From a virus, in IMG/VR virus record IMGVR_UViG_3300032677_000006: DNA of 64,000 bases. The stretch is one strand, 5' to 3'. Shown one piece after another: positions 60,902-64,000 of the stretch. Position 1 is the stretch's first letter. Every line of letters begins with the position of its first letter. The notes beneath the pieces are model-generated. The model did no database searches. It saw only the letters and a list, made by a program, of their open reading frames with translations, and was not told where the DNA came from. Made by a program: the position numbers and the translations under genes.

Positions 60902-61865
60902 AACGTCGGGGGTCTCTTATTTCTAACATTTCGTTGAATATCTGTTCGGCGGCGCGCTGGGTCCGTTTATATTTGCGCGCCACCTCCACGACGGCATCGG
61001 GGTCCTGATCGCTGCGCTCGATGTCGCGGGCTATTTTTTGTTTCTCAACCAGCAGGGCCACGGCCTGCAAGGTTGGAAATTTGATCCGGTGGCCGCCAAA
61101 AATGGCCAGCACTTCCTTGCCCTTTTCGATGCCGATGATGTTGAACAGGTCGGGAAGAAAGGTGAAGCTCTCCGCCGCCATCAGCAGCTCGTACTCCGTG
61201 TACGGAATATAGGCTTTGTCGTAAAACGCCGTGCGCAAGGCCACCGTACACCACTCGTACAGGTACTTGCTGAATTCCAGGCTGAGACAGTAGGCGTAAG
61301 CCGCCGAGCGCACCACCGCCTGGCGGTCGTGCTCGTCCTCGACGATGCACTCCAGGGAGAAGCGCAGCGCGCCGATGATCTGCGGGTCGGACCAGCGACA
61401 GATGATGTCGGTGATCCGCTTGCGCACTTCCAGGGACAGGTCGTGCTTGTTGACTTCGTGGTCTTCGACGCCGTAAAACTTCTCCAGGTGCTCGCTGGTG
61501 ACATGATAGCGCTTGCGGTACTGGTTGACCTTGACCAGCTCGGATTTGAACGCGTTCTTGGCGCACTTGCTGAACCAGGAGAAAAGCTTGCCTTTCTTGG
61601 GCTGCCATTTGGCCAGCCACTTGATCACCTTCTCCTGGGCCGCGCTGACCAGGATCGGGAGGTCCACCGTGTAGTGGAAGTCTTCAAATTGGGCCAGGCG
61701 TTGAAACATGGCCGTGGAACCGATGACGATCTCTTCCAGGACGAGCATGGCCTCTTTGTGACGGCCCGTGGCATTCAACTGCTTCCACTGGACCGCCAAA
61801 GGCGTTAATTTGCTCGCCGGAAAGATGTGCTCGCCGTCGACGGGATTGGATGCTTTCTTAGCCAC
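60861..61865 (-). CDS. Sigma-factor-like protein (gp55-type region 2) with a Mor-like C-terminal HTH
   Basis: 'KWQPKKGKLFSWFSKCAKNAF'; 'IGIEKG..VLAIFGGHRIKFP...EVARKY'. Confidence 0.6.
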   Translation of the reverse strand: MAKKASNPVDGEHIFPASKLTPLAVQWKQLNATGRHKEAMLVLEEIVIGSTAMFQRLAQFEDFHYTVDLPILVSAAQEKVIKWLAKWQPKKGKLFSWFSKCAKNAFKSELVKVNQYRKRYHVTSEHLEKFYGVEDHEVNKHDLSLEVRKRITDIICRWSDPQIIGALRFSLECIVEDEHDRQAVVRSAAYAYCLSLEFSKYLYEWCTVALRTAFYDKAYIPYTEYELLMAAESFTFLPDLFNIIGIEKGKEVLAIFGGHRIKFPTLQAVALLVEKQKIARDIERSDQDPDAVVEVARKYKRTQRAAEQIFNEMLEIRDPRRYGEYGVFDEDSGQ

Positions 61866-62682
61866 CGGAAGGTAGGGTAACGAGGACGTAAACTTTGTCG
61901 ATCAAGGTGGCAAATTCGTCGTTTAGATCGGCGGCCACTTTGTCCCCGCGCCGGACGTACGGTTCCATCAAGAGCATGATGGCGTGCAGATTGTTGATGA
62001 TGGTCAGCCCGGGAATGTAAGGTATCTTGTCCCGGATGTAGGTGATTTCGTCAGTGCTGGGCTTGGTGCCTGACTTGATGGGCTTGGACAGCGCCGTCTT
62101 GGGCGCAGGTTTGGCCTCCACGTCCGTGTCCTCGCTTTCGCGGACTACGGCGGCTGCCGCCGGTGCGGGCTTAGCCGGGACCGGTTTAGCCGGGGCGGGC
62201 TTGGCTGGAGCCGGTTCCGCCGGGCGGTTGAGCGGCTTGAGTTCGGGTTTGACCTCCGCCTTGACGACCGGCTTGGGTTCAACTTTGGCGGCGGGCTTGG
62301 GTTCAGAAGGTTCTACTTTTGGGCGAGGGCTGACGGGTTTTTCCGGCGGCTTGGGTTTGGCGGGCGCTGTTTTCTTGGGTTCAGCGCTGCGCACGGGAAC
62401 TGGCTTTTGCATCAGTTCCCTGACGACCGGCAGCGGCGTATCCAGTATCAACACACTGGTGGCGCTGCCAATGATTTGCTGCTTGGTCAGCTTGGGCACG
62501 TCTTTGCCGGAGCGATAGATCGCCCGGGTGAGGTCACAAACCGTTTTGGAGTAGTCGGTGCCGTTCGGGCTGCCGTCTTGCACGGTTTCGGTTTCTTTGC
62601 ACAAGCTTGTGCTCAGTTGGGGTTCTTCCCGTAGTACGTCGTTTACCCGACGGTACCATCCCGCAGTCAGATCAGTGGGCAT
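61858..62682 (-). CDS. Pro/Lys/Ala-rich hypothetical protein
   Basis: PAKPA repeats between two compact ends. Confidence 0.6.
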   Translation of the reverse strand: MPTDLTAGWYRRVNDVLREEPQLSTSLCKETETVQDGSPNGTDYSKTVCDLTRAIYRSGKDVPKLTKQQIIGSATSVLILDTPLPVVRELMQKPVPVRSAEPKKTAPAKPKPPEKPVSPRPKVEPSEPKPAAKVEPKPVVKAEVKPELKPLNRPAEPAPAKPAPAKPVPAKPAPAAAAVVRESEDTDVEAKPAPKTALSKPIKSGTKPSTDEITYIRDKIPYIPGLTIINNLHAIMLLMEPYVRRGDKVAADLNDEFATLIDKVYVLVTLPSGG

Positions 62683-62836
62683 AATGTTAAGGCTTAAAAG
62701 CGAACGGCAACGTAGCAAAGAAATGACAGGTTGCCGTTCCAGGTACAGTGTTTATTAACTGGTCTTAGGTATACAGCTTAGGATCAGAGGTTTCAACAAA
62801 AATCGTACAAAAGTACTCAAAAATTTTTATCGAGCC

Positions 62837-63541
62837 TCAATCCGCCTCTTCCTGCCCCACGGCAGGCCGCCGACGGCGGTTGGTGCGGGTGGGCAGCGTC
62901 TCTTTTTCCGGCGCGGCTTCCTCGGCGGCTTCCGCCGCTTCGCCCGCTTCCGCCGCCGCGACTTCGGCTTCCGCCGTTTCGCTTGTCTCCGCCGCCGGTT
63001 CTTCGGTCGGCTTTTTGACCTTACCGGCCAGGTGGTTGTACGCCTCCGGGTCGTCGTTCTCGCTCGTGCCGTAGGGCATCAAGCGCTGCCGCAGCGCGTC
63101 TTTCATCTGCACTAGAGCTGGATTCCAGGCCCCATAACATTGGGCCGTGGCGATGTCGGTCTGAATGGCGTGCGGCAGCGTCCGCAGCTTGAGCGCGCCC
63201 GCCTGGTTGCGCTCCACGCTGATGCGCCGCAGCGTTTCATGGATCATGGGTTCCCGTTTTTCAGGCGACACGTGCTTCCAGGCGTGATAATCGAAAATCA
63301 GGATGAAGTCCGGCTTGTCCTTCATGAACAGCTTGAACTCGGGACTGATTTTGCGCAGCTTGACCGGCGCGCCCGCGCTGGGCTTGGTCTCGCCCTCTTC
63401 GTCGGTCTTGATGTAAAAGACCGCCTTGATCTCCACTTCCTCGTTGGTAAGGCTGCTCAGTAGCAGCTCTTGTTTTGCCAAAACGGACTCTAAAAGGTCC
63501 GTCAATTCCTTCTCCGTTGAGTACTCAGTAGTTGTTGCCAT
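62837..63541 (-). CDS. Phage putative-metallopeptidase-like protein (degenerate) with acidic tail
   Basis: 'PDFILIFD...W......MIHE...I...H.......YGAW'; start placed at ATG 63541. Confidence 0.55.
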   Translation of the reverse strand: MATTTEYSTEKELTDLLESVLAKQELLLSSLTNEEVEIKAVFYIKTDEEGETKPSAGAPVKLRKISPEFKLFMKDKPDFILIFDYHAWKHVSPEKREPMIHETLRRISVERNQAGALKLRTLPHAIQTDIATAQCYGAWNPALVQMKDALRQRLMPYGTSENDDPEAYNHLAGKVKKPTEEPAAETSETAEAEVAAAEAGEAAEAAEEAAPEKETLPTRTNRRRRPAVGQEEAD

Positions 63542-63548
63542 AGTAATT

Positions 63549-63998
63549 TTAAGTGTTAAGTTCCTCTTCTTCCTCTTCCAAACAGATGCTGCCGTCCAGG
63601 CCCGGCGTGTTGTCGCAGAAGGCAATCGCTGCCTTCCACAATAAGTCTACGTCAGCCTGGTGCTCCGCCATGAACTGCGGCCACTCGCTCCGGTACTTGA
63701 ATTCCGGGTCCTTGCGGCTGCCGCCCCGGCGGGGTGTCGGCAGGTCATCATCTTCGTCCAGGGTGGTGGTTGTGGCCGCCGCTCCGAACGTCGTCGGCGT
63801 GATGCCGTTTTTGTTGAATTTCAGCACGAAGCCGACGCCTTTTTCCTTGGCCCGGCACTCGATGAAGCCCAGGAACAGCATCGTCTCCAGGCGACTCCAG
63901 GCGTCGTTAAGGCCGCCCTGCTTGGGGTCGGTCAGCAGCACCATGCGGCCCTCGCGCAGCGGTGGCTTGATCCGGTTTTTGGACGTGTGGAAGCCCAG
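63549..63998 (-). CDS. C-terminal part of a RecA/UvsX-like recombinase (5' part outside the window)
   Basis: Frame open to the window edge and reads 'KNRIKPPLREG', similar to RecA 'KNKxAPPFxxA'. Confidence 0.6.
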   Translation of the reverse strand: MGFHTSKNRIKPPLREGRMVLLTDPKQGGLNDAWSRLETMLFLGFIECRAKEKGVGFVLKFNKNGITPTTFGAAATTTTLDEDDDLPTPRRGGSRKDPEFKYRSEWPQFMAEHQADVDLLWKAAIAFCDNTPGLDGSICLEEEEEELNT

Positions 63999-64000
63999 CT

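Noticed and set aside
1-64000. Stop-codon reassignment (seen in some large phages)
   Set aside because: Conserved genes are full-length under the standard code, and TAG, TGA and TAA all end genes at sensible positions

Overview
This 64-kb window is part of a large, GC-rich myovirus genome (T4-like/jumbo-type), with morphogenesis and replication genes interspersed on both strands. Virion genes include portal, a prohead protease-scaffold fusion, major capsid, neck, tail terminator, sheath, tube and tube-like paralogues, a gp5-like spike, gp26/gp51-like hub, gp27-like hub and tape measure. Replication, recombination and regulatory genes include Mre11/Rad50 (gp47/gp46), primase, a 5'-3' exonuclease, the C-terminus of a RecA-like protein, HU/IHF, a two-domain GroES and two sigma-like proteins. 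Accessory content is an 8.5-kb glycosyltransferase/methyltransferase operon, two free-standing homing endonucleases, and a PurZ0-like gene beside a lower-GC GHKL-ATPase + Dam-type methylase block. The most notable signals are: (1) a PurZ0-signature enzyme (possible 2-aminoadenine DNA); (2) a perfect chromosomal-type parS palindrome, plus a second near-perfect copy hidden in a coding region; (3) a probable virion-glycosylation operon; (4) about 10 unrelated small proteins sharing an N-terminal LxxLLGE-type tag (candidate capsid-targeting signal); (5) two classes of short motifs (GTAnnTA, GTTCT) just before start codons, alongside two phage sigma-like genes; (6) a start-less gp51-like frame reachable by a shift at TTTTTTC. 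All product calls come from recognising motifs by eye; no database searches were run.
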